A stretch of DNA of 64,000 bases from Scyliorhinus canicula (lineage: Eukaryota): positions 2,252,892 through 2,316,891 of the forward strand of contig NC_052161.1 of assembly GCF_902713615.1 (NCBI RefSeq). Direction: 5' to 3'. The notes below the pieces were generated by a model, which worked only from the letters and a program-made list of their open reading frames with translations, was not told the DNA's origin and ran no database searches. Below are positions 38,528 to 52,000 of the stretch, piece by piece (the stretch's first letter is position 1; every line of letters starts with the position of its first letter). The translations under genes and the position numbers were made by a program.

Positions 38528-38831
38528 AATCTTTATCAGTGTCACAAAGTATGGCTTACATTAACACTGCAATGAAGTTACTGCGAAAAGCCCCTGGTCT
38601 CCACACTCCGGCGCCTGTTCGTGTACACAGAGGGAGAATTCAGAATGTCCAATTCACCTAACAAGCACATCTTTCAGAGCTTGTGGGAGGAAACCAGAGC
38701 ACCCGGAGGAAACCCACACATACACGGGGTGAACATGCAGATTCTGCACAGACAGTGACCCAAGCTGGGAATCAAACCCAGGTCCCTGGCGCTGTGAAGC
38801 AACAGTGCTAACATGTGCTACCGTGCTACCC
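38528..38831 (-). mobile_element. V-SINE
   Basis: head/core/tail. Confidence 0.8.
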
Positions 38832-39114
38832 CAGTTTCCCATATTCCCAGAGCTCTGACGTAGACTCATCCAGACTCAAAACGTTAGCTCCCTTCTCCCG
38901 TTGACAGAGATGCTGTCGGACCTGCTGAGACGGTCCAGCATTTCCTGCTTTTCAGATTACAGCATCCGCAGTAATTTGCTTTGATCCCATATTTTGCTGA
39001 AAGCTTCTAAACTGAGGGGAGTCCAGGCCCAGTTTGTGTAATCTCTCCTTGTAATTCAGGGTGAAGTATTATTGTGGTGAATGTGCAGTCTGTGCCTGAG
39101 CAGTGAGCTGAACA

Positions 39115-39335
39115 GGATGCTGAGCTGTGTTTCACACTGCCCTCTCCCTGGGTTATATTGATCATTGGGAGCTGGATGTTGAGCTCTGTGTTTCACACTG
39201 CCCTCTCCCTGGGTTATATTGATCATTGGGAGCTGGATGTTGAGCTCTGTGTTTCACACTGCCCTCTCCCTGGGTTATATTGATCATTGGGAGCTGGATG
39301 TTGAGCTCTGTGTTTCACACTGCCCTCTCTCCCTA
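39115..39335. repeat. ~61-bp tandem repeat, about 3.5 units
   Basis: gagctctgtgtttcacactgccctctccctgggttatattgatcattgg... Confidence 0.92.
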
Positions 39336-39344
39336 TATTTGGGT

Positions 39345-39612
39345 GGGCGGCACAGTAGCTAGCACTGTTGGTTCACAGCGCATGGTCCTGGGTTCAATTC
39401 CGGGCTTGGGCCACTGTCGGTGCGGAGTCTGCATGTTCTCCCCGTGTCTGCGTGGGTTTCCTCCGGGTGCTCCGGTTTCCTCCCACAGTCCAAAGACGTG
39501 CTGTTGGGTGAATAGGCCATTGTGAATTCTCCCTCTGTGACCCGAACAGGCGCCGGAGTGTGGGGACTAGGGGCTTTTCACAGTAACTTCATTGCAGGGT
39601 TAATGTCAGCCT
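39345..39612 (+). mobile_element. V-SINE ending about 30 bp from the TAF5 exon 1 donor
   Basis: head/core/tail. Confidence 0.8.
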
Positions 39613-39641
39613 AGTTATGACATGGTTATTGGGGGTCTCAC

Positions 39642-40261
39642 TTGTGGAAGAAGTGGCGGGCTTCCCTCTCATGCTGGTTGTAGACCAGCTCCAGGTAGAG
39701 GTGCACGAAGACGGGGTAGAGCAGGGTGGAGAGCTCGGCTTTGAAGGCGTCCAGCGCCGTCTCGATGAAGCCCTTGAGGCCGGTGTAATACTCCTCGTAC
39801 AGGCTGGGGTCGCCCTCGTTGCTGTAGGCCGACAGCACCGAGCTAACGTCGGGCTGGTGGACCGAGTCTGAGCCGCGCTGGCCGGCCGCCCGAGACTCGT
39901 CCAGGCTGTCCTGCAGGTTGGCCTCCTTCCGCAGGATCTCCTCCGCCTCCCTGAAGTGGTTCTTCTTGAGGAACTGCAGCACGGCCAGCAGGGTCTGCTT
40001 GTCAGGGAGGTCGGTGCCGGCCGGAGGCTGGGCCGGGGCCTGGGCCGGAGGCTGGGCCGGGGCCTGGGCCGCCGAGCCTGGCCGCTGGCTCTCAGCCGGG
40101 CTCTCAGCCGGCTCCACCTTCAGGGTGGGTGAGGGAGAGGGAGAGGGAGAGGGAGTGGGGACCGGGACCGGGGACGGAGCCGGGGAGGCGGTCGGGCCCG
40201 AGGCCGGGGACGGAGCCGGGGCCTCGCTTGGCGCCGCGGGCGGCTCCGGCACCGCCGCCAT
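39642..40261 (-). CDS. TAF5: TAF5 exon 1 (MAAVPEPP..., LisH, start of NTD2)
   Basis: aaaATGG Kozak context at 40261, 620 nt, GTGAGA donor; joined CDS 2226 nt = 741 aa. Confidence 0.92.
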
Positions 40262-40420
40262 TTTGACAGCGTCTGGGATTCTTTGCGACACACGGCGCTC
40301 CTTTTAAACAGCGGTCGCCCCGCTTTACGGCAAGAGGGCAAACCGCCTCCGCTGCCGCCTCACGACAGTTTGGGCAAACTGCAAATCCGCTTTACGGACG
40401 AGTCCTCTCTTAAAGGGACA
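39700..40420. promoter_or_regulatory. TAF5: CpG island / TAF5 promoter-exon 1
   Basis: GC- and CpG-dense relative to flanks and spans the start codon; limits approximate. Confidence 0.7.
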
Positions 40421-40544
40421 GTTCAGGGGTGTGTCAGACAATCACAACAAGGGTCATTTCTTCAACTTAGTCAAAAGGACAGTCTTGAGACAACCACACT
40501 GTTGTTACTCAAATACAAACAATGATGAAAAGCGACATACAAAG

Positions 40545-40872
40545 GGGCGGCAGGGTTGCACATTGGTTAGCACTGTTGCTTCACAGCGCCTGGGACCTGG
40601 GTTCAATTCCCGGCTGAGTCACTGTCTGTGTGGAGTCTGCACGTTCTCCCCGTGTCTGTGTGGGTTTCCTCCGGGTGCTCTGGTTTTCTCCCACACACCA
40701 AAGATCTGCAGGTTAGGTGGATTGGCCATGATAAATTGCCCTTAGTGTCCAAAACATTAGGTGGGATTACTGGGATAGAGCGAGGGAGTGGGCCTAGGTA
40801 GGGTGCTCTTTCCAAAGGTCAGTGCACACCCGATGGGCTGAATGGCCTCCTTCTGTGCTGTAGGGATTCTAC
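40545..40872 (+). mobile_element. V-SINE with CR1-like tail, upstream of TAF5
   Basis: head/core/tail. Confidence 0.8.
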
Positions 40873-41191
40873 GAAATCTCAAGAACATTTTGAAGGCTTT
40901 TCACAAAAAAATGTTCATTGAAACTACTTTCTCGCACTAGAAAAATTGATAAAGCTTTAAAAAAAACGAAACAGCACGAGTAATGATCATCAAAATGAGT
41001 TCAACTGGTCAAAGTCTAGAGCCACTTATGCGCTGCCCATAGCTGCAGATACTTGTGAAGAGCCCATGGCTCAGGGTTGGCCAATGTTTAACTGTCACAG
41101 GAAACTCACCGCAACACAACAATTCGAGGACTGTGCAAGGCCATTCAGCCCATCTTTCCCATACAAAACAAAATTATCTCACCTGTACCAT

Positions 41192-43216
41192 CATATAACA
41201 TAGAACGTAGAACATAGAACATTACAGCGCAGTACAGGCCCTTCGCCCCACGATGTTGCACAGTCCTGTGAAACCCTTCTAAAGTCCCTCTACACTATTC
41301 CCTTATCGTCCATATGCCTATCCAATGACCATTTGAATGCGTTTAGTGTTGGCGAGTCCACTACTGTTGCAGGCAGGGCATTCCATGCCCTTACTACTCT
41401 CTGAGTAAAGAACCTACCTCTGACATCTGTCCTATATCTATCTCCCCTAAATTTAAAGCTATGTCCCCTCGTGCTGGACATCACCATCCGAGGAAAAAGG
41501 CTCTCACTGTCCACCCTATCTAATTCTCTGATCATCTTGTATGCCTCAATTAAGTCCCCTCTTAACCTTCTTCTCTAACGAAAACAGCCTCAAGTCCTTC
41601 AGCCTTTCCTCATATGACCTTCCCTCCATACCAGGCAACATTCTTGTAAATCTCCTTTGTACCCTTTCCAATGCTTCCACATCCTTCCTATAATGCGGCG
41701 ACCAGAACTGCACACAATACTCCAAATGCGGCCGCACCAGAGTTTTGTACAACTGCAACATGACCTCATGGCTCCGAAACTCAATTCCTCTACCAATAAA
41801 AGCTAACACACTGTACCCCTTCTTAACAATCCTCTCAACCTGGGTGGCAACTTTCAGGGATCTATGTACATGGACACCGAGATCTCTCTGCTCGTCCACA
41901 CTACCAAGAATCTTACCATTAGCCCAGTACTCTGCCTTTCTGTTATTCCTTCCAAAATGAATCACCTCACAATTTTCTGCATTAAACTCCATTTGCCACC
42001 TGTCAGCCCAGCTCTGCAGCTTATCTATGTCCCTCTGGAACTTGTAACATCCTTCTGCACTGTCCACAACTCCACCGACTTTAGTGTCATCTGCAAATGT
42101 ACTCACCCATCCTTCTACGCCCTCCTCCAGGTCATTAATAAAAATGACAAACAGCAACGGCCCCAAAACAGATCCTTGTGGCACACCACTAGTAACTGGA
42201 CACCAGTCAGAGCATTTCCCATCAACCACCACTCTTTGTCTTCTATCAGCTAGCCAATTTCTGATCCAAACTGCTAAATCACCCTGAATCCCATGCCTCT
42301 GTATTTTCTGCAATAGCCTACCGTGGGGAACCTTATCAAACGCTTTACTGAAATCCATATACACCACATCAACTGCTTTACCCTCATCCACCTGTTTGGT
42401 CACCTTCTCGAAGAACTCAATGAGGTTTGTGAGGCACGACCTACCCTTCACAAAACCATGTTGACTATCTCTAATCAAATTATTCCTTTCCAGATGATTA
42501 TACATCCTATCTCTTATAAACCTTTCCAAGACTTTTCCCACATCAGAGGTAAGGCTCACTGGTCGATAGTTACCGGGGTTATCTCTACTCCCCTTCTTGT
42601 ACAAGGGGACAACATTTGCTATCCTCCAGTCCTCTGGCACTATTCCTGTAGACAAAGATGACTTAAAGATCAAGGCCAAAGGCTCAGCAATCTCCTCCCT
42701 AGCTTCCCAGAGAATCCTAGGATAAATCCCATCCAGCCCAGGGGACTTATCTATTTTCACACTTTCCAGAATCGCTAACACCTCCTCCTTATGAACCTCA
42801 AGCCCTTCTAGTCTAGTAGCCTGTATCTCAGTATTCTCCTCGACAACTTTGTCTTTTTCCTGTGTGAATACTGACGAAAAATACTCATTTAGCGCCTCTC
42901 CTATCTCCTGGGACTCTACGCACAACTTCCCTTGACTGGCCCTACTCTTACCTTAGTCATTCTTTTATTCCTGACATACCTATAGAAAGCTTTAGGGTTA
43001 TCCTTGATCCCACCTGCCAAAGACTTCTCATGTCCTCGCTTGGCTCTTCTTAGCTCTCTCTTTAGAGCCTTCCTAGCTAACTTGTAACTCTCAAGCGACC
43101 CAACTGAACCATCACATCTCATCTTTACATAAGCCTCCTTCTTCCTCTTGACAAGTGATTCAACTGCTTTAGTAACCCATGGTTCCCTCACTCGACCACT
43201 TCCTCCCTGCCTAACA
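41192..43216 (-). mobile_element. 5'-truncated CR1 LINE, ORF2 RT (frameshifted)
   Basis: NYRPVSLTS, GVPQGSVLGP and FADD motifs; (TTCTATG)n 3' tail. Confidence 0.95.
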
Positions 43217-43230
43217 GTTGTCCCTTAGTG

Positions 43231-43704
43231 CAGGGGTGGGCAAACTATGGCCCGTGGGCCGCATGCGGCCCGCCAAAGGTCTTTATGCGGCCCACCAAGA
43301 TCAAGTCCTCAAAAAAAATTTTTTAAATTTTTTTAAAAATTATTTTTTTATAAGGTTAATGGGGGGGGGGGGGGCTGTTGGGTTACTTACTGGTATAGGG
43401 TGGATACGTTGACTTGAGTAGGGTGATCATTGCTCGGCACAACATCGAGGGCCGAAGGGCCTGTTCTGTGCTGTACTGTTCTATGTTCTATATGAGGCGC
43501 CCAGAATCATAACCGGGTGAAGCGCCATTTTTGAAAAGTAGAGGAAAAGAGGGCTAAAGGCAGGATGCTGCCGGGAGAAGCGCTGAGGTATATGCCGCAC
43601 GCTAATTGGTTACAACCGGGACTATTAATTAATATACTATGCGGCCCTTTAAAATTGTGAATTTCTGAATGTGGCCCTTGCACGGAAAAGTTTGCCCACC
43701 CCTG
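43231..43704. mobile_element. hAT-type MITE, copy 2 (opposite orientation)
   Basis: TIR CAGGGGTGGGCAAACT; perfect 8-bp TSD ccttagtg. Confidence 0.92.
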
Positions 43705-43749
43705 CCTTAGTGTGTGTGTGGAGAGCCCAAAATATCACAGCGGGCCAGG

Positions 43750-46700
43750 GAGCCCCACAATGCTCAAATCCCCATACCCCACAATGCCCAGGCCCTAATA
43801 CCCCACAGTGCCTCAACCCCTATACCAGGCTATGCCTGAACCCTAATACCCCAATATGCCCGAACCCCAATACCACACAATCCCTGAACCCTCAAACCCC
43901 AATATGCCTGAACCCCAATACTTCACAATGCCTGAACCCCAATACCCCACACCTAAACCCCAATACCCCACAACACCCAAACCACAATATCCCACAATGC
44001 CTGAACCCCAATACCCCACAATGCCTGAACCCCAATACCCCACAAATGCCTGAACCCCAATACCCCACAACTGAACCTCAATACCCCACAATGCCTGAAC
44101 CCCAATACCCCACAATGCCTGAACCCCAATACCCCACAATGCCTGAACCCCAATACCCCACAATGCCTGAACCCCAATACCCCACAATGCCTGAACCCCA
44201 ATACCCCACAATGCCTGAACCTCAATACCCCAGAATGCCTGAACCCCAATACCCCACAATGCCTGAACCCCAATACCCCACAACTGAACCCCAATACCCC
44301 ACAATACTGAAACCCTAATACCCCACTGCACCCGAACCCCAATACCCCACAGCACCCGAACCCCAATACCCCACAGCACCCGAACCCCAATACCCCACAA
44401 TACCCAAATCCCAATACCCCACAATACCCAAACCCCAATACCCCACAATACCTGAACCCCAATACCCCACAATACCTGAACCCCAATACCCCACAATACC
44501 CGAACCCCAATATCCCACAATACCTGAACCCCAATACCCCACAATACCCGAACCCCAATATCCCACAATACCAAACCCCAATACCCCACAGCACCTGAAC
44601 CCAATACCCCACAACACCCAAACCCCAATATCCCACAATACCCAAACCCCAATACCCCACAATACCCGAACCCCAATACACCACAATACCAAACCCCAAT
44701 ATCCCACAATACCTGAACCCCAATACCCCACAACACCCGAACACCAATACCCCACAATAACCGAACCCCAATACCCCACAACACCTGAACACCAATACCC
44801 CACAATACCCAATACCCCAATACCCCACGATACCCGAACCCCAATACCCCACGATACCCGAACTCCAACATCCCATAATACCCCGGAACCCAATACTCCA
44901 CAATACTGAAACCCCAATACCCCACAATACCCGACCACCAATACCAACAATACCTGAACCCCAATACCCCACAATCCCAAACCCCAATACCCCACAATGC
45001 CCAAACCCCAATATCCCACAATATCCAAACCCCAATACCCCACAATACCCGAACCCCAATACACCACAATACCAAACCCCAATACCCCACAGCACCTGAA
45101 CCCCAATACCCCACAACACCCAAACCCCAATATCCCACAATACCCAAACCCCAATACCCCACAATACCCGAACGCCAATACACCACAATACCAAACCCCA
45201 ATATCCCACAATACCTGAACCCCAATACCCCACAATACCCGAACTCCAATACCCCACAATAACCGAACCCCAATACCCCACAACACCCGAACACCAATAC
45301 CCCACAATACCCAATACCCCAATACCCCACGATACCCGAACCCCAATACCCCACGATACCCGAAGTCCAACATCCCATAATACCCGGAACCCAATACTCC
45401 ACAATACTGAAACCCCAATACCCCACAATACCCGACCACCAATACCAACAATACCTGAACCCCAATACCCCACAATCCCAAACCCCAATACCCCACAATG
45501 CCCAAACCCCAATACCCCACAATACATGAACCCCAATACCCCACAATAACCGACCCCCAATACCCCACAATACATGAACCCCAATACCCCACAATAACCG
45601 ACCCCCAATACCCCACAATACCCAAACCCCAATACCCCACAGCACCCAAACCCCAATACCCCACAATACCCAAACCCCAATACCCCACAATACCAAACCC
45701 CAATACCCCACAATACCTGAACCCCAATACCCCACAATGCCCAAATCCCAATACCCCACAATACTGAAACCACAATACCCACAACAGAACCCCAATACCT
45801 CATAATACCCAAACCCCAATACCCCACAATACCCGAACCCCAATACCTCATAATACCCAAACCCCAATACCCCACAATACCCGAACCCCAATATCCCACA
45901 ATGCCTGAACCCCAATACTCCACAATACCCAAATCCCAATACCCCACAATACCCAAATCCCAATACCCCACAACAGAACCCCAATACACCACAATACTGA
46001 AACCCTAATACCCCACAGCACCCAAACCCCAATACCCCACAACACCCAAATCCGAATACCCCACAATACCCAAACCCCAATACCCCACAACAGAACCCCA
46101 ATACACCACAATACTGAAACTCTAATACCCCACAGCACCCGAACCCCAATACCCCACAACACCCAAACCCCAATATCCCACAATATCCAAACCCCAATAC
46201 CCCACAATACCCAAACCCCAATACCCCACAATACCCGAACCCCAATACACCACAATACCAAACCCCAATACCCCACAGCACCCGAACCCCAATACCCCAC
46301 AACACCCAAACCCCAATATCCCACAATACCTGAACCCCAATACCCCACAATGCCCAAATCCCAATACCCCACAATACTGAAACCCCAATACCCACAACAG
46401 AACCCCAATACCTCATAATACCCAAACCCCAATACCCCATAATACCCGAACCCCAATACCCCACAATACCCGAACCCCAATACCCCACAATAACTGAACC
46501 CCAATAGTCCACAACACCCGAACCCCAATACCCCAAAATAGCTGAATCCCAATACCCCACAGCCCCCAAACCCCAACACCCCACAACTGAACCCCAATAC
46601 CTCACAACACCTGAACCCCAATACCCCACAATACTGAAACCCAATACCCCACAATACCCAAATCCCAATACCCCACAATGCCCGAACTCCAACACCCCAT

Positions 46701-47868
46701 AATACCCGAACCCCAATACCCCACAATAACCGAACCCCAATACCCCACAATACCTGAACCCCAATACCCTACAACATCCGAACCCCAATACCCGACCCCC
46801 AATACCAACAATACCCGAACCCCAATACCCCACAATACCAAACCCCAATATCCCACAATACCTGAACCCCAATACCCCACAATACCAAACCCCAGTATCC
46901 CACAATGCCCAAACCCCAATACCTCACAACACCCGAACCCCAATACCCCACAATACCCAAACCCCAATACCCCACAATACCAAACCCCAATATCCCACAA
47001 TACTGAAACCCCAATACCCCACAATGCCTGAACCCCAATACCCCACAATACCCGAACCCCAATACCCCACAATACCCGAACCCCAATACCCCACAATACC
47101 CGAACCCCAATACCCCACAATACCCGAACTCCAATACCCCACAATACCCAAATCCCAATACCCCACAATACCCGAACCCCAATACCCCACAATACCCGAA
47201 CCCCAATACCCCACAATACCCAAACCCCAATACCCACCATGCCCAAAGCCCAATACCTCACAACACCCGAACCCCAATACCCCACAATACCCGAACCCCT
47301 ATATCCCACAATACCCAAACTGCAATACCCCACAATACCCAAACCCCAATACCCCACAATACCCAAACCCCAATACCCCACAATACCCAAACCCCAATAC
47401 CCCACAGTACCCAAACCCCAATACCCCTCAGCACCCGAACCCCAATACCCCACAGCACCCAAACCCCAATACCCCACAACACCCAAACCCCAATACCCCA
47501 CAGCACCCGAACCCCAATACCCCACAACACCCAAACCCCAATACCCCACAGCACCCAAACCCCAATACCCCACAGCACCCAAACCCCAATACCCCACAAC
47601 ACCCAAACCCCAATACCCCACAGCACCCGAACCCCAATACCCCACAATACCCAAACCCCAATACCCCACAACACCCGAACCCCAATACCCCACAATACCC
47701 GAACCCCAATACCCCACAATACCCAAACCCCAATACCCCACAATACCCAAACCCCAATACCCCACAATACCCAAACCCCAATACCCCACAATACCCAAAC
47801 CCCAATACCCCACAATACCCAAACCCCAATACCCCACAATACCCGAACCCCAATACCCCACAATACCC
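43750..47868. repeat. ~22-bp C-rich minisatellite, 4.1 kb
   Basis: ccccaataccccacaatacccgaa-type unit. Confidence 0.97.
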
Positions 47869-49089
47869 TCCCAGCTCTGTACATTCCTATTTATCGCACC
47901 TGTAGCATTGATTTTTTTTCACTGTAGGAGACAATTAATCAGCCAAGGTGTCACCAAGTTTTATGTTAAAGAAAATACAAACTAAATTATAAAAAGTGCA
48001 ATTTGTTTTTTTATTTATCTCTCAAGGTTAATGGTGGTGCTCCACACCATGAAAACATGTCACGTAGGAAAGAAAAATGTGTTGGTTCATGATAAGTGGA
48101 AAAAAATATGATTAAGTGGAATTAATAATTAACTCATTTGCATAATATTGGATCAAATTTTCTCTGTCAGCCATGAACTCAATTCCCCTTCCCAGCCAAT
48201 GTCTCAGTCTGGGTCGGATTGTTTAGAAACTTATCTCATTTGTTTTGGGATGTGGGCATTGCTGCCGACGCCATCATTTGTTGCCCATCCCTAGTTGCCC
48301 TTGGGAAGGTGGTGGTGAGCTGCCTTCTAGAACCGTTACTGTCCGTTTAGATGGAATATCATCAGGAATGTTCACTGATGATTGCATAATGTTCAGCACC
48401 ATTCACATCTCCTCAGATACTGAGCCAGTTCATGCCTGGGTACAACACGACCAAGACTGGGGTTACCATTAACCACTGGACTAGCCATATAAAAACTGTG
48501 GCTACAAGAGGAGGTCAGAGGCGACAAATAATAATAATCTTTATTCGTGTCACAAGTAGGCTTACATTAACGCTGCAATGATGTTACTGTGAAAATAACT
48601 CACCTCCTGACCCTCCAAAGCCTGTCCACCATCTACAAAGCACAAGTCAGGAGTGTGATGGAATACTCTCCACTTGCCTGGATGAGTGCAGCTCCAACAA
48701 CACTCAAGAAGCTCAACACCATCCAGGACAAAGCAGCCCTCGCTTATGGTGTAGGTACATCCACAATGCTGTTAGGGAGGGAGTTCCAGGATTTTGACCC
48801 AGCGACAATGAAGGATCAGCGACGTATTTCCAAGACAGGATGCTGTGACTTGGTGAGGAACTTGCAGGTGGCAATGTTCCCACGTATCTGCTGCCCCTGT
48901 CCTTGTAGATTTTTGAGGTCACAGGCTGGGAAGATGCTGTTAAAGGAGCCTCAATTAGTTGGTGCAGTGCAAACAGTAGATGGTACACACGGCTGCCATT
49001 GATAGTGGAGGGAATGAATGTTTAAGGTGATGAATAAAGTCAACCAAGCAGGCTGCTTTGTCGTGGATGGTGTCAAGCTTCTTGAGTGT

Positions 49090-52000
49090 TGTTGGAGATG
49101 CACTCGTATGGCTAGTCCAGTCCAGATGTTGAGAAGGTGCGGGGCTGGAGGAGGTTTTGTGGGTGAAGGTGGAGGCAGGGTTTTTGTGAGGGGTCAGGGT
49201 TGCGGGTGTTGGCGATGGCTCTGCTCTTTTTGCCCCGGGGAGGTATCCGGGGAGTCCGGTCGTGGTGGTCATGCTGAAATTATGGAGGCAGTTTCGGCTG
49301 CGCTTTAAGTTGGGAGCAGCATTGAAACTGATGCTGATTCGGGGGAACAATGGGTTTGAGCCCGGGAGGGTGGATGGGAGGTTTCGGGGATGGGAGGAGT
49401 GAGGGGCGGTGGAAAGAAAGGATCTGTTCCTCGAGGATGGTTCTGGAGGAGGGGGTGGGGTGTGGGTGCTGGAGGAGGGGGTGTGAGGTACTGGAGGAGG
49501 GGGTGTGGGTGCTGGAGGAGGGGGTGTGGGTGCTGGAGGAGGGGGTGTGGGTGCTGGAGGAGGGGGTGTGGGTGCTGGAGGAGGGGGTGTGGGTGCTGGA
49601 GGAGGGGGTGTGGGTGTGGGTGCTGGAGGAGGGGGTGTGGGTGCTGGAGGAGGGGGTGTGGGTGACGTGAGGGAAAGGTTTCAGTTACATGCTGGTTGGG
49701 ATTTTGTGAAAATGGTCTGTGTGACCTTTCCAGTGACACCGCCCCCTCTTTGCTGGAGGGGGTGATGTCAGTGATGGGGTTGGGGGGGCGGGGGTCATCT
49801 CGGCGATTTATGGGAGGATTTTGGAGGAGGATAGGGCATCTCTGGAGGGGGTTAAGGCCAAGTGGGAGGAGGAGCTGGGGATGGCGCTGGAGGAGGGGGT
49901 GGGGTGTGGGTGCTGGAGGACGGGGTGTGGGTGCTGGAGGAGGGGGTGGGGTGTGGGTGCTGGAGGAGGGGGTGGGGTGTGGGCGCTGGAGGAGGGGGTG
50001 TGGGTGCTGGAGGAGGGGGTGGGGTGTGGGTGCTGGAGGAGGGGGTGGGGTGTGGGCGCTGGAGGAGGGGGTGTGGGTGCTGGAGGAGGGGGTGGGGTGT
50101 GGGTGCTGGAGGAGGGAGTGGGGTGTGGGTGCTGGAGGAGGGGGTGGGGTGTAAGGTGCTGGAGGAGGGGGTGGGGTGTGAGGTGCTGGAGGAGGGGGTG
50201 GGGATGGTGCTGGAGGAGGGGGTGGGGTGTGGGTGCTGGAGGAGGGGGTGGGGTGTGGGTGCTGGAGGAGGGGGTGGGGTGTGGGTGCTGGAGGAGGGGT
50301 GGGGTGTGAGGTGCTGGAGGAGGGGGTGGGGTGTGAGGTGCTGGAGGAGAGGGTGTGGGTGCTGGAGGAGGGGGTGGGGTGTGGGTGCTGGAGGAGGGGT
50401 TGTGGGTGCTGGAGGAGGGGGTGTGGGTGCTGGAGGAGGGGGTGTGGGTGCTGGAGGAGGGGGTGTGGGTGCTGGAGGAGGGGGTGTGGGTGCTGGAGGA
50501 GGGGGTGTGGGTGCTGGAGGAGGGGGTGTGGGTGCTGGAGGAGGGGGTGGGGATGGTGCTGGAGGAGGGGGTGGGGTGTGAGGTGCTGGAGGAGGGGGTG
50601 GTGTGTGGGTGCTGGAGGAGGTGGTGGGGTGTGAGGTGCTGGAGGAGGGGGTGGGGTGTGAGGTGCTGGAGGAGGGGGTGTGAGGTGCTGGAGGAGGGGG
50701 TGGGGTGTGGGTGCTGGAGGAGGGGGTGTGGGTGCTGGAGGAGGGGGTGTGAGGTGCTGGAGGAGGGGGTGGGGTGTGAGGTGCTGGAGGAGGGGGTGGG
50801 GTGTGAGGTGCTGGAGGGGGGGTGTGAGGTGCTGGAGGAGGGGGTGGGGTGTGGGTGCTGGAGGAGGGGGTGGGATGTGAGGTGCTGGAGGAGGGGGTGG
50901 GGTGTGAGGTGCTGGAGGAGGGGGTGGGGTGTGGGTGCTGGAGGAGGGGGTGGGGTGTGAGGTGCTGGAGGAGGGGGTGGGGTGTGAGGTGCTGGATGAG
51001 GGGGTGTGAGGTGCTGGAGGAGGGGGTGGGGTGTGGGTGCTGGAGGAGGGGGTGTGGGTGTGGGTGCTGGAGGAGGGGGTGGGGTGTGAGGTGCTGGAGG
51101 AGGGGGTGTGAGGTGCTGGAGGAGGGGGTGGGGTGTGAGGTGCTGGAGGAGGGGGTGGGGTGTGAGGTGCTGGAGGAGGGGGTGTGAGGTGCTGGAGGAG
51201 GGGGTGGGGTGTGAGGTGCTGGAGGAGGGGGTGGGGTGTGAGGTGCTGGAGGGGGGGTGTGAGGTGCTGGAGGAGGGGGTGGGGTGTGGGTGCTGGAGGA
51301 GGGGGTGGGGTGTGAGGTGCTGGAGGAGGGGGTGTGGGTGCTGGAGGAGGGGGTGTGGGTGCTGGAGGAGGAGCTGGGGATGGTGCTGGAGGAGGGGGTG
51401 GGGTGTGAGGTGCTGGAGGAGGGGGTGTGGGTGTGGGTGCTGGAGGAGGGAGTGGATGCTGGAGGAGGGGGTGTGGGTGCTGGAGGAGGGGGTGTGGGTG
51501 TTGGAGGAGGGGGTGGGGTGCTGGAGGAGGGGGTGTGGGCGCTGGAGGAGGAGGTGGGGTGTGAGGTGCTGGAGGAGGGGGTGTGAGGTGCTGGAGGAGG
51601 GGGTGGGGTGTGGGTGCTGGAGGAGGGGGTGGGGTGTGGGTGCTGGAGGAGGGGGTGTGGGTGCTGGAGGAGGGGGTGTGAGGTCCTGGAGGAGGGGGTG
51701 TGGGTGCTGGAGGAGGGAGTGGGGTGCTGCGGAGAATGAATGCCCCAACCCCATGTGCGAGGCTGGGTTTGATACAGTTAACGGTCGTGCACAGAGCACA
51801 GCTGATGAAATTGGGGATGAGCCGGCAGTTGGAGGGAGTGAAGGATATTTGTGGGCAGTGTGGGAGGGGCCCGGACAATCACACACACGTGTTCTGGTCC
51901 TGCCTAAAGCTGGAGAAGTTTTGGGGGGTATCTTTCAGCACCATGTCTGCGATCCTGCGCATGGATTTAGAGCTCAGTCCCCTGGGGGCCATATCCGGGA

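Noticed and set aside
40262-40291. TAF5 start at 40291 in the ORF track
   Set aside because: It is a GTG; the ATG at 40261 has a strong Kozak context.
41546-42925. 459-aa RT ORF as an active or domesticated gene
   Set aside because: 5'-truncated, no endonuclease domain, frameshifts at both ends; an ordinary CR1 copy.
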